A DNA stretch of 63,543 bases, the filler included, from Octopus bimaculoides (Eukaryota), in the NCBI RefSeq assembly GCF_001194135.2. It is 8 parts of 8 records of this genome, joined end to end, with 100 filler letters (N's around TTAATTAATTAA, not from the genome) between each part and the next. Parts side by side here need not be neighbours in the genome. Positions count along the whole stretch, not along the records: positions 49,128 to 55,242 come from NC_069004.1; positions 55,343 to 57,399 come from NW_026311060.1; positions 57,500 to 60,023 come from NC_068994.1; positions 60,124 to 63,543 come from NC_068996.1; 4 more parts are not named here. One strand, given 5' to 3'. This document shows positions 50,549-63,543 of the stretch, one piece after another. Position 1 is the first letter of the stretch. Every line of letters starts with the position of its first letter. The position numbers and the translations under genes were made by a program. The notes under the pieces are model-generated. The model was not told where the DNA came from and made no database searches. It saw only the letters and a program-made list of their open reading frames with translations.

Positions 50549-51907
50549 TGTTCNNNNNNNNNNNNNNNNNNNNNNNNNNNNNNNNNNNNNNNNNNNNNNN
50601 NNNNNNNNNNNNNNNNNNNNNNNNNNNNNNNNNNNNNNNNNNNNNNNNNNNNNNNNNNNNNNNNNNNNNNNNNNNNNNNNNNNNNNNNNNNNNNNNNNNN
50701 NNNNNNNNNNNNNNNNNNNNNNNNNNNNNNNNNNNNNNNNNNNNNNNNNNNNNNNNNNNNNNNNNNNNNNNNNNNNNNNNNNNNNNNNNNNNNNNNNNNN
50801 NNNNNNNNNNNNNNNNNNNNNNNNNNNNNNNNNNNNNNNNNNNNNNNNNNNNNNNNNNNNNNNNNNNNNNNNNNNNNNNNNNNNNNNNNNNNNNNNNNNN
50901 NNNNNNNNNNNNNNNNNNNNNNNNNNNNNNNNNNNNNNNNNNNNNNNNNNNNNNNNNNNNNNNNNNNNNNNNNNNNNNNNNNNNNNNNNNNNNNNNNNNN
51001 NNNNNNNNNNNNNNNNNNNNNNNNNNNNNNNNNNNNNNNNNNNNTGTTTGTCTGTCTGTCTGTCTGTCTTTCTGTCTGTTTACCCAACCACTACCGCTTG
51101 ACAACCGGTGTTGGTGTGTTTGCATCCCTGTAACTTAGTGGTTCGGCAAAAGAAAAACCGATAGAATAAGTACCAGGCTTTAATAAAATTAAGTACTGGG
51201 TCGATTCATTCGACTAAAAATTCAATGCAGTGCCCCAGCATGGCCGCAATCTAATGACTGAAACAAGTAAAAGATAAAAGATAAAAGACATCGGTCGAAG
51301 AAACCACTTGCCCAAGGTGCCATGCAGTATGACTGAACGAGAAACCAACGGTTTGCAAAACGAGCTTCTCAACCATGTAGCCATGCATTTTATAAACAGG
51401 AAATAAAAAAACAACAAAAAAACAACAACAAAAAACGAAATTTCTGCTGATAGTAACGGCCAAGGGATTTAATGATCGTTTATCTATCATTGACAGGTGC
51501 TTTTAAGAAAACACTTCTTCGTATCACGGGTCAAATGGAAGCAACAACGGTCAAACGAAAAAATGCCGAAGAGGAAAGAGACTTGCACGCATAAACACAC
51601 TGATCTTCAGCCTCGAAGACTTTATCGATTTCGTTAGAATGGTAAAGAAGGTTGAGAGATGCGGAGTTTGGAGGAAATTACGGAAAAGGTCAAAGAATTG
51701 AGGTAAAGGAATAGGTTTCTGTCAAAATTTGTTTTAAAACTAAGAGAAATATATTCGTTGCCGATTTCTGATTTTAACTAATATAGATTTGGAAAATATT
51801 GTAATTTGATAATAGAGCGACTCTGAACTGAAGAGTTGATAAACACGTACATACATACGTAGACACACACACATACACACACACGCACGCACATATATAT
51901 ATATATA

Positions 51908-51938
<31 letters not shown>

Positions 51939-52229
51939 CAAAACAAAAACTAAAGGCTTGTTTTGTTTGTGCTTTTCCCTCCGGTTTTTTGTTCTATGTG
52001 TGCCATAAATATCGCCATCCATTTTAGAGAAAAATTTGTAGTTTAGAATCAGTGGTTCTTTGACTGCTGTTTCTGAATTTTCAGTATGTTGGAGAAGCAA
52101 CTCAATTGCTAATCCCTTATATTTATGATGATAAATGGTCTTACCGATAAAGGTTTATTTCATACTGAACTACTTGGCAAAATTGTTAATTGTTAATTCT
52201 ATTATTAATTGACGATTCCCTGCCCTCAT

Positions 52230-52233
52230 TTCT

Positions 52234-52295
<62 letters not shown>

Positions 52296-52684
52296 TACAG
52301 ACAGACAGAACCACGGAGATATAAACAGTGAGTGAGAGAGACATACCTTTATGCGTACATACATACATACATACATACATACTTACATGATTCAGTATAT
52401 ATACTTGCATACATATATCCATGACTGTATTCGATCTATGTATGTGTGTATGTGTGTGAATGTGTGTTTGTATATATTTAAGTATGTATGGAAATAAGTA
52501 TACATGCATGAGTGTATATTTGTCTCTATATATCTGTGTATGTTTGTGTATTTATACATACACATACAGACATGCTTATGTACATACAAGCACAAGCACA
52601 TACAAACATCCATACATACAGACACATACAGACGGGCATGCGTATATGCATATATACGTATATAGTAGGTTAGATAGTAGAAGG

Positions 52685-52741
<57 letters not shown>

Positions 52742-52789
52742 ACAGGCAGGCATAGAGACAGACAGACAAACAAAAATAGATAGATAGAC

Positions 52790-52839
<50 letters not shown>

Positions 52840-52871
52840 GTAGGTAGGTAGGTAGTTAGGTAGGTAGGTAC

Positions 52872-52904
<33 letters not shown>

Positions 52905-52914
52905 NNNNNNNNNN

Positions 52915-52998
<84 letters not shown>

Positions 52999-53010
52999 AC
53001 AGACAGACAG
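52230..53010. repeat. Compound microsatellite block: (AT)n, (ACAT)n, (AG)n, (AGAT)n, (AGGT)n
   Basis: Directly visible; one example of many such tracts in the window. Confidence 0.95.
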
Positions 53011-53191
53011 ATAAGAATGTTTAGTTGGCTGGTTGGTTGGATGGATATTATGGAGAATGGAGAAATAACTAATGAGGCGTAGTTAAAGACAAAGTCTCAG
53101 ACTTCTTAAATGCACTTTGGAGAGAAAATAACGCAATAAAATTACCTTTGTGTGTATAATTTGCCCAAACAGAAGCATGCTCACACTCACG

Positions 53192-53240
<49 letters not shown>

Positions 53241-53726
53241 ATACATGGGCATACTCACACATTCACAATCATGCACATATGCGCACAGATACATAGTTAC
53301 ACATACACACACATATACACAACGAATAAAGCAGTCACAGGAACAGACGTAGGAAAACAAGTTTTTCACACATGACCACACATAGATATGTGCATACACA
53401 TAGACACATACATCCGCACGTAGAGATATATACTCACACATAGACACAAATGCTCCCACATAGGCTTATATAGCTATATACCTATAGAATATACAACTGC
53501 ACATAGACATACACAACTGCACATAGACATATACACACACATTGACACGTATGCACACATTTGAACGAAGGTTTTCTCGGTCGGAACTGACCTGGGTTTG
53601 AACAATAACATTATCGACAACAACCAATAACAAATTGAGCATAGGCATGACAACGCGGTTAAGAAATTCGCTTCACAATCATATGGTTGCTGGTTCGAAA
53701 CCACTGCGCGATAACTTGAATGTTTT

Positions 53727-54050
53727 TGTTGTGTCGACGCCCCAAGGCGAAGAAGTAGGATCTCTCAAGACATATAAATAGAGGTAGTCTGGCCATGGTA
53801 GGAGTGTTGAGTAGCAGTCGAGTAGCAGTTGTGTAGCGGTTGAATAGAGGTCATCCGAAGGTGCTAGATAGCAGTAGCGTTGAGACATAACAGTGGCGAC
53901 CAGGATGAGATGCTCACACAGCCACTGGTAATATTTGAGACATAACAGTGGCGACGAGGTTTCAAATAGCACCAAAAATGGAAGAGTTAGTGAAAGCAGT
54001 AGTTTGAGACATAACAGTTTTACACAATACAGTGTCGGCGAGGATGGGGG
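53727..54050 (+). mobile_element. LTR retrotransposon 5' LTR (~165 bp, TGTTGTG...CATAACA) followed by repeated LTR-end/PBS modules
   Basis: TG..CA termini at 53727 and 53892 with an internal TATAAATA. TGGCGAC(C/G)AGG follows the LTR end, matching the reverse complement of the tRNA-Ser(GCU) 3' end (TGGCGACGAGGATGGG, from memory). Confidence 0.6.
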
Positions 54051-54369
54051 GTTCGATTGTAATTTGGAAGAGCCAGATCTGAAGGCGCGTGACACAGTGG
54101 TTAGCGTACTCGGTTCACGATTGTAAGGTTGTGAATTCGATTCCCGGCGGCGCGTTATGTTTCTTGTGCAATGCACTTTTATTTCACAAGCAGGTTTTTC
54201 TGTTGATCGGATCAACTAGAACAATCGTCGTCGTAACCGAGACAGTTGCATCCATTAGCATAGCTAAGGAAAGAGGGAAAATCCAGAAGGATAGTCCGAG
54301 AAAAGCACGTGTGTCATTACATGGCTGAAAAATAACTAACCGCAAGTCATACATACATACATACATACA

Positions 54370-54403
<34 letters not shown>

Positions 54404-54723
54404 CACATATACATACATACATGCATACATACATAACAAAACACAAATCTGCACGTATACATACATACATACGTACATACATACATACATACATACATGC
54501 ATACATACATACATACACACAAATCTGCACGTATACATACATACAAAAATACCCTGTTGTTGTTATTGAAATGCCAATGAAGGAGCCTTGGATCTGGGTT
54601 AGAAACCGGCTCTTTCTCTATTAGCAAGAAATCTTGAAATTAAACTAAATAATGACATACATACATACATACATACATACATGCGCGCGCGCAGGCAGCA
54701 CGAACGCACACACACATACATGC

Positions 54724-54754
<31 letters not shown>

Positions 54755-55789
54755 CATACAAACATACATACATAAGTATATTGCTGAATAGCTGACGATC
54801 TATGATGATACAGAAACAAGAATTACATCCCACAAATGCCTTATAAACAGCAAAATGTCTCCTCTCTATAAGAACTCACTCTGTTAAATATTCAATTTAA
54901 CTTAATTTATTTCCTTCGAGTTATACCCTGCTGATGCCTCCAAAGAACGATAAAACAGCGCTATACATGGCTACCAACGACGGAAAATTTCGAAGACCAT
55001 TATGATGTGTAGGAAAAAGAAATATTAAATTATATTCCATACATATTTTTCACTCCTTGAGGTAAAATTCAAACTTCAAAAGCCATCTGAACTTAACTAA
55101 ATCTAGATGTGATTGCTTCTCTTATGTTAGCAGACCACCAGGAGTTACATCACGTGTGTGTGTGTGTGTGTGTGTGTATCTGTACACATATATACATACA
55201 AACATATATATACATATACATATATATACATACATACATATANNNNNNNNNNNNNNNNNNNNNNNNNNNNNNNNNNNNNNNNNNNNTTAATTAATTAANN
55301 NNNNNNNNNNNNNNNNNNNNNNNNNNNNNNNNNNNNNNNNNNTATACACACACACACACACATATATATATACACACACACATATATATACAAGGTGGTC
55401 GTCTACTTCTTATGCAAAGTTTGACCACCTCCTGCACCTACACCTTAGCCCTTTCATGGCATCTGATGTGGCTCTTTAAACCAGACAGTGTTTTGAAGAC
55501 ACTCACATAGATTGCATATCTGATTTGAACCACCAAGAGTGGCAGATGTATATATACAAATATATACACATCTACATAAACGACGATGATGATGATATGC
55601 ATATACGCACAGGAGTGGCTGTGTGGTAGGTAGCCTGCTTACCAACCACACGCACCTTGGTTCAGTCCCACTGCGTGGCACCTTGGGCAAGTGTCTTCTA
55701 CTGTAGCCTTGGGCCGACCAAAACCTTGAGTGGATTTGGTAGATGGAAACTGGAAGAAGTCCGTCTTATATGTATATCTATATATATTG

Positions 55790-56115
55790 TTGTTCATTGT
55801 TTAACGTCTGCTCTCCATGCTAGCATGGGTTGGACGATTTGACTGAGGACTGGTGAACCAGATGGCTACACCAGGCTCCAATCTGATCTGGCAGAGTATC
55901 TACAGCTGGATGCCCTTCCTAACGCCAACCACTCTGAGGGTGTAGTGGGAGCTTTTACGTGCCACCGGCACAAAGGACAGTCAGGAGGTACTGGCAACGG
56001 CCACGCTCGAAATGGTGTATTTTACATGCCACCTGCACAGGAGCCAGTCCAGCAGCACTGGCAATGAACTCGCTCAAATGTCTTTTCACGTGCCACTGGC
56101 ACAAGTGCCATAGTT
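55790..56115 (+). mobile_element. Interspersed repeat family D with an RTE-like ggatgcccttcctaacgccaacc segment
   Basis: Copies at ~1245-1410, 6170-6325 (minus), 12795-13090, 38015-38270 and 40785-40935 (minus) share catgctagcatgggttggac...ctgatttggc...ggatgcccttcc. Confidence 0.7.
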
Positions 56116-58066
56116 TGATATTGTCATTTCATTTCACTCCTCATCTATAGACTTACATTTCCATAACTTTACATTTTAGCTCATGGGCAGTTATATTTAT
56201 ATTGTTATATTTATACCACTGGAATTTTAAGTTGATATTTTATTATTTTTCAAAATTAAGTGTAAATAATAACTGAACAAAAACAAAACAATAAAATGTT
56301 CTATTTTTTCTCAGCTGTACAGATTTTGAATAAATTAAAAAAATTATTTACTTGTACCATTTGTACATAACCAAATACACCCCTCCTACACACACACATA
56401 TCAGGTAATATACATACAAGCAGAGCTTTAAAAGAATTCATAATTATATATATATATAATAAAGACTTTCTCTATTCCCGAGCGTTAAACTAATACATCC
56501 TTTTATATATATATATACATATATATATAATTCATTTGCTGATGTGAGGTAGCACTGCACATGCACAACAACATTCAAATTTTGTTTTAGAAGCAGAACG
56601 GTAACGCAATATATCTCCAAAACCCTTTCCACCGTCTTTCATAAAATGAGGAGGCTGTGGGGAATAAGGATGGGAGCATTTATATCAATATTATAGTAAA
56701 ATGAATTATTGACTAGACATTGGTGGGGGGTGAGGAGGGGAGGGGTGAGGAGGGGGGATGAGGAGGGGTGGATGGAGAAGACAAGAGGAGGTGGAGAACA
56801 AGAGGAGGGGAGAAGAAGGGGGAGGACGAAGAGGAGGTGGACAATGACAATGATGATGACGACAACAATGAAGATAATGATGACCACTGCGACAGACAAT
56901 TTTTGCTTGTTCTCTGTTTTATCTTCTTTAACCCTTGTGTTAACAATTTTCCATTGAAATTCACTGCCTTTTCTTTCAATTAATTTTGAAAATAATGAAG
57001 AATTTAGTAGGATTACTTTGTCGTTATCAATCTGATGTTTTGGAACTTAAATTAACATGAAGTTTTAATGGAAGGTTTTAATTTAAATTGAATCAGTTTA
57101 AAACAGTAATTTAATATCATAGAACCAAGAGCAAACCCAGGCAGGATGGTGTCCAAAGGGTCAAGCAGCCCTAACACTACCTGTGTTTCCTTGTGTGTAT
57201 GAATGTAATGTAATGTAACATAACGACACTATTCGGTCATGTAAGTACGTGTATATGTCTGTATGTCTGTTTGTCCCCGATGTTTGATGCTTGACAACCG
57301 ATGCTGGTGTGTTTGCGTCCCTGTAACATAGCGGTTTGGCAAAAAAGGTACCAATAGAATAAGTACTAGGCTTACAAAGAATAAGCTCTGGGGTCGATTN
57401 NNNNNNNNNNNNNNNNNNNNNNNNNNNNNNNNNNNNNNNNNNNTTAATTAATTAANNNNNNNNNNNNNNNNNNNNNNNNNNNNNNNNNNNNNNNNNNNNC
57501 ACACACGTCTTCTGCACAGAATTTCATTCCATAATAAACTCACGCTTTGCCCTTTTGCCCCTCCCTCATTCAAACTACCATTTCGTCACCTCCTCACACT
57601 ATCACTCCCGTCTCTTTTTATCTCGTTCTCCTTCTACGTCTGCAACTTCCTGCCTGTTGTCATTCTGTTTCTTTCTTGACTTATGGCTGGTCATCAAGCC
57701 ATAAATTATACAGTTTAATAATGTATGTCTATATGTATATATATGCATGAATGTATGTATGTATGTGTTTATGTGTGTATGTATGTATGTATGCGACGTT
57801 CTTATACATGTATGAATACACGTAGGTATGCATATATGTATCGATTTAGCCGCCTACATACACGCACACACATACATGCATATACGTGTGTGTTGTGCAT
57901 GCATATATACACACACAAAGGCACACACATATATCTGTGTGTATGTATATATGTGTATATATATATGTGTGTGTGTATGTATGTTTGTAGGAATATATAA
58001 GTATGTATATATGTATATATATATATGTATGTATAAATATCTATCTATATCTTAATAATAATAATG

Positions 58067-58139
<73 letters not shown>

Positions 58140-58495
58140 CAATAATAATAATACCAATGATAATTTATTTCTTTATTGCCCACAGGGAGCTAAACATAGA
58201 GGGGACAAACAAGGATAGACAAAGGGATTAAGTCGATNNNNNNNNNNNNNNNNNNNNNNNNNNNNNNNNNNNNNNNNNNNNNNNNNNNNNNNNNNNNNNN
58301 NNNNNNNNNNNNNNNNNNNNNNNNNNNNNNNNNNNNNNNNNNNNNNNNNNNNNNNNNNNNNNNNNNNNNNNNNNNNNNNNNNNNNNNNNNNNNNNNNNNN
58401 NNNNNNNNNNNNNNNNNNNNNNNNNNNNNNNNNNNNNNNNNNNNNNNNNNNNNNNNNNNNNNNNNNNNNNNNNNNNNNNNNNNNNNNNNNNNNNN

Positions 58496-58560
<65 letters not shown>

Positions 58561-58594
58561 GTAGTAGTAGCAGTAATAATAATAATAATAATAG

Positions 58595-58913
58595 GAATGC
58601 CTAAGGAATGATAGCAAAGATGACTAATTGCTACCTAGCCCAGATACCAGGAAACACGAAAATGGCAGAAATTCAAAAGATAGTGCTCATGGGAACTGCC
58701 CATATTCTACGTAAAATACTGTCTATGTAATCTCAAATTTTAAAACAAACAATTTTCTTATGTTTTTCAACACATTATGTGCAAAACCAAATGTACGACA
58801 CCCTAGGCATAACACCAACATGAACTTCTAATTTGTTCTCTTGAGGTCTCTGGGTGAGACATGGAGCCAACTTTTACAAATACAAAACAAAAGTCAAACA
58901 TATAATAGTAGTA

Positions 58914-58947
<34 letters not shown>

Positions 58948-58965
58948 TAATAATAATAATAATAA
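58595..58965 (+). mobile_element. R4/Dong-type LINE extreme 3' fragment
   Basis: LGMIAKMTNCYLAQIPGNTKMAEIQKIVLMGTAHILRKILSM*, lying between (TAA)n tracts. Confidence 0.8.
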
Positions 58966-59142
58966 TAATCCTTTCTACTATTGGCACAAGGCCTGAACTT
59001 TTATGGAGAAGCTAAATTGATTCTGTCTACCCCAGTACTCCACTGATATTTAATTTATCTACCCCGAAAGGATAAAACGCAAAGTCGACCTCGACAGAAT
59101 TTGAACTCAAAATGTAGCGTTAAGCAATTCGTCTAACGAACT

Positions 59143-59298
<156 letters not shown>

Positions 59299-59915
59299 AT
59301 GAAAACCGCTGACAAATGGTATAAACACCTTCCTGAAGCTGTGACTGAGGGAAAAAATGTGTCGATTCTCTGGGACTTCCCCGTACATAACGACAAAACT
59401 ATAAAAGCTAATAAACCGGATATTATTATAAAAGATCAGACAAAAAAGATGTGTTTATTAATTGACGTGAGTATTCCTTGCGATCACAATATAGCGGCGA
59501 AAGAATTTGACAAGACCAATGAATATAAAGACTTGCTAATAGAAATTGAAACAAATGTGGCATCTCAAGGTGACTACCGTACCAGTGATTGTAGGATCTC
59601 TAGGAATGATAAAAAAAGGTACTGAAACCTATTTGAAAATGATACCAGGCTTACCATCTCTACAGGAAGTGCAAAAAATCTTGTTAATTGTGTACTGTGT
59701 ACTGTGAAGAGCATTATCACTGTGAAAGCAATATCCATTCACGAATTTATTTATTTATTTATTTATTTAAAATACATATTTTACCTGAGAATTTGCGTGT
59801 GTAAACTGGGAATGCATATAATGAGCTTTTCTGCCCCAGGTGTACGGAAAACACCTGGCGAGAAATGGAAGAAAATTTGAAGAGAGAAGAAAAAAAAATA
59901 ATAATAACAATAATA

Positions 59916-59952
<37 letters not shown>

Positions 59953-59960
59953 TAATAGTA
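59299..59960 (+). mobile_element. R4/Dong-type non-LTR retrotransposon 3' end (restriction-like endonuclease), 3' UTR and (TAA)n tail
   Basis: KWYKHLPEAVTEGKNVSILWDFPVHNDKTIKANKPDIIIKD...LIDVSIP, then frameshifted MWHLKVTTVPVIVGSLGMIKK. Flanked by (TAA)n. Confidence 0.88.
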
Positions 59961-60123
59961 ATGTCTATTATATATGTATCTGTATGTGTGCATGTGTGTG
60001 TGTGTATGTGTGAGGGTGATATANNNNNNNNNNNNNNNNNNNNNNNNNNNNNNNNNNNNNNNNNNNNTTAATTAATTAANNNNNNNNNNNNNNNNNNNNN
60101 NNNNNNNNNNNNNNNNNNNNNNN

Positions 60124-61385
60124 ATATATGCAAGAAGAAAATGGAGGAACATAAGGAAATTTATAATATCGCACTAGATAAAACAGGATTTAAACAAAAA
60201 ATTAAATACTTAGGCCCCAATCACTATACAAATAACCTAAATAACAGAAATCCACACGATAAATAATAGCAATAGAAACAATGTTAAGTCCCATACACAA
60301 ATCACTAATAATATTACATACAACGACAACATGAATACCAGCAATGCGATAATCAATAAAATTTACAACACTAACATGACTAATAACACGAATTATAAAA
60401 ATAAGTTGAAAAATAATAATCGCTATAATAAGAATAATATAAACCTACACATCGATAAGAATAATAATAGAGAGCCCCAAAGAACAAGGATAAACCCTGT
60501 CAGAAACCATAACACCAGGTCATTGAGTCCACATAAACCATAAAGAAATAACCCCAATAAAACAGACAAGAGCAATAGCAAAGATAAACCCAACTATAGA
60601 AATAAACTCGATTGCCATAACTATAATTTCAGACGCCTTACAAACAATGAGGGTAGTTTCTATACCAGACATAACAATACTAACAATAAACGTAATAGTG
60701 ATAAGATCTGGCTTGTAATATCTTTCGCCATGCACCTCAAACCCAACATAGTTCGTTCATTACTCATTAATGAAACTAATAGATAAACACTTAAACGTAA
60801 ATAATAAATATGCAGCAATATTTAGGAATAAAATTAGAGTAGGCCACAGCCTGTCTAGTACTTTAGCTATCATCATAGCCTCGATTAATAAAAAAAAAAC
60901 TAGACACATTCTATGAAGCTAGGACAATTAGGAACAATAAATGTAACAACCCCACTACTAATGAAGCGCCTCCTAATAACATAGACAAAGACCAGAGTAG
61001 TAATAGCCCCTCACAACACAACACGAACACAGATATACCTAATATTTTATGTGGCTGCAGGGATAGAAGTGTCAATTCTCTAATATATGTAAGACTAAAA
61101 ACGTAGTTTACCAATATGACGTACACGCAAATAGTCATATAAAATCCTATATAGGAGCCACGAAAAACCAAATGATACTTAGGTACAATGCACACCAATC
61201 TAGCTTCAGAAATAGGAGTAAGGCAAATTCAACAGGGCTTAGTAGCTATATCTGGGAGCTTAAGGACAAAAAATATAATATAGATTAAAATGGCTTATAT
61301 TCGCAAAAACAACTTCTTACAACTCTACCAATAGACGGTGCGATCTCTGTTTAACCGAACGCATGGAAATTCTAACGGCTAAACC
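60124..61385 (+). mobile_element. Penelope-like element fragment 1 (RT thumb/linker plus GIY-YIG), decayed
   Basis: Frameshifted motifs: IALDKTGFKQKLKYL, LIDKH, RNKIRVGHS, CKTKNVVYQYDVHANSHIKSYIGATKNQMILRYNAHQSSFR, STGLSSYIWELKDKNI and RCDLCLTERMEIL. Confidence 0.8.
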
Positions 61386-61399
61386 ACCTCTTCATTGAT

Positions 61400-63010
61400 T
61401 CATGCCTACGACCTGGCGGGAAGCATAATAGGCAGTATGGGCGTAGTATCCCTAGACACATCCATTGGTGTTGATTTTGCTGTGGAGAAATGTGTGGGGG
61501 TGATCAACGAGAACGACGTTGGGTTTCGTGGTGTTGACACAGGAACTGGGCCTCCTCCTAGGACTGACATGCGGCAATGATTACTTAGATAAACATGACA
61601 TTGGTTGTTTCGGCTCTACTAGATCGGTAAGAGGTAGATCCCCTACTATAACTTCTATGACCAATAAGACCCCTAGAAAAAGATAGAACAGGTGGATCAG
61701 AGCTATATGGACCCCGTAAACGATGATCAGGTTTAAAAGATGGTCACACATGCGGTGGATTCAAGTACCAAGACCATATTCAAGAGCCACATATTTAAGT
61801 TTAATAACAGGATATACACCCAAGAGGAAGGTGCAGCCATCAGTGTCAGTATCGCTGGCGATGTGGCTAACCTATTTATGGTATGGTGGGATGGGAGACT
61901 CAAAGAAAAATTAATGGAGAACTCCATAAACCTAGCCATGTACTCACGCTACGTGGATGATATCAACATAGTAGCCAATGCACCTCTACAAGTCAATGTT
62001 GCTTATCTAGAAGCTAACACTGTGGAGAACATCCAACAAATAGCCCACCAGAAAATTAAAGTAACGATAGACTACCTTAACAAGCACCCGAACTATAGGC
62101 CACCTGTCTTAGACACGGAACTCTGGCTAGGAATTAAGGAAAGTAAGATCCAGATCCTTCACTGCCATTATGCCAAACCCATGGCCTCTAAGTACCTTGT
62201 TCACAAGAACACAGCTACTGCAGACAACGCCAAGTTCGACATTCTTATAGCTGACTTGGTGAGAGTGATGAGGAATGTGTCCTGCATGTGCGACCCTCTG
62301 GAATTGGAAAGACACATACAACACTTCATCCATAGCATTCAGTTCTCTGATTACAATCAATGGGAGAGGATTAGAGTGTACAAAGGAGCCAGGACTAAGT
62401 ACAAAGCCATAAGGAGATCTGCCTGCTATACAGGAGTAAATACTGGAACAGCACAGAAAGGATCAAAAATAAGATAGATAAGGCCAACTCATGGTATGAC
62501 AATAAAAAATACCAGGGTGTTATGTTCGTTTATGCTACTCCTGGCAGCGAACTAGCATGCCTTTTTATAAAAACATTAAGTAAAGATAATCTACAGATTA
62601 AAGGAGTAGAAAGGCCTGGTGTCCCTATAAAATCCCTGATCTGTAGAACTTATCCCTTTGATAAATCCCCATGAACGGAGAACAATTGTATTGTATGTAG
62701 GATGAACCCACGTGTTAATTGTAAAGTTAAGAATATAGTGTATAGCTTACGATGTACTGAGGGACGGTGCAGAAACATGACAACTAGTTACATTGGAGAA
62801 ACTGCATACAGCATAGGGGAACGTATAGGTGACACCGTCGAGAGCTCAAAGACGAGGAAATCTTGTCAGTGGTCTACCAACATGCTCAAGCAGAACATAG
62901 AAGCATACAGGTTAAGGTGTTATCGATACATAAGACTGCCACAACACTTACATCACAGAGGCTACCCACATAGCAATAGACAGACCGAGCCACGATAGAA
63001 AACACGAATG
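61400..63010 (+). mobile_element. Penelope-like element fragment 2 (RT core plus GIY-YIG), decayed
   Basis: VVSLDTSIGVDFAVEKC (motif A-like), IYTQEEGAAISVSIAGDVANLFM, MYSRYVDDI, and GIY-YIG CKVKNIVYSLRC...SYIGETAYSIGERI. Confidence 0.9.
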
Positions 63011-63506
63011 GAACAATAATACCTATGACGACACCACACAACATGACGATTAAAGACAGAAGGGAAAAGAAGAGAGAGGGGAAAAGGCAGATACATAAAG
63101 GGTAATGCACACACAATAGACATATATGCACATACCTGTGATAAATATAAGAAATAGAGATAGGTAAATAAAAATAAAAACTATAAATAAATAAATATAT
63201 ATTTATTTATTTAAGAAATAGGGACAGACAAACATAAATAAATAAATCTATATAAAGGGCACGGATACAAACAACATAGGCAGCGAACCCATATACACTC
63301 ACAAATACGCATACCGTAATTCCACAGACGGCAACAACAGGGCTAACAACGACAACAGCATTAGCGGTGACAACGATGGCAATAACAGCAACTACTACCA
63401 CGATGGCAGCAACGTAGGCGAATACACAAACACAGAGAGTTACAGGAACTGCACCAAATTTCGGGTCCAAGAAAGAGTATACATATATATATACATATAC
63501 ATATAT

Positions 63507-63543
<37 letters not shown>

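Noticed and set aside
53881-54020. CRISPR array
   Set aside because: Eukaryotic context, no cas genes, only 3 short repeats, and better explained as LTR-end/PBS repeats.
56700-56890. Acidic/purine-rich ORFs (GEKKGEDEEEVDNDNDDDD)
   Set aside because: Simple GGA/GAT low-complexity repeats.
775-58617. Many ORF-track entries rich in YI, CV, HT, SL, NN or X
   Set aside because: They are translations of microsatellites or run through N gaps.

Overview
AT-rich eukaryotic genomic DNA from a gappy draft scaffold, dense in microsatellites and transposable elements. The SINE and repeat landscape suggests a coleoid cephalopod such as Octopus (inference). There is no prokaryotic gene organisation and no CRISPR array. 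Two host genes are recognisable, both on the minus strand. (1) A ~2.36-kb internal exon (5993->3638) encodes a long Q/P/Y-rich low-complexity region with ~19 K-x4-YQ decapeptide repeats, followed by a matrin-type C2H2 finger resembling ZMAT3/ZMAT4. (2) The 41-nt first coding exon of glycerol-3-phosphate dehydrogenase (MAPKRVCIIGSGNW, 35248->35208) has an in-frame 77-aa upstream extension that looks like a mitochondrial presequence; I could not find the remaining GPD1 exons in the 35 kb downstream. Candidate extra exons lie at 20763->20676, 18851->18715 and 1688->1620. The rest is mobile DNA: at least 4 SINE-like families, a full-length decayed rosa-like Tc1/mariner, a mariner fragment, Helitron fragments, R4/Dong-type and RTE LINE 3' ends, two Penelope-like fragments, an LTR with a triplicated LTR-end/PBS module, and many MITEs (Merlin-like with telomeric repeats, piggyBac-like, PIF/Harbinger-like, and one carrying a tRNA-like module). 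Repeat boundaries are approximate, read by eye.
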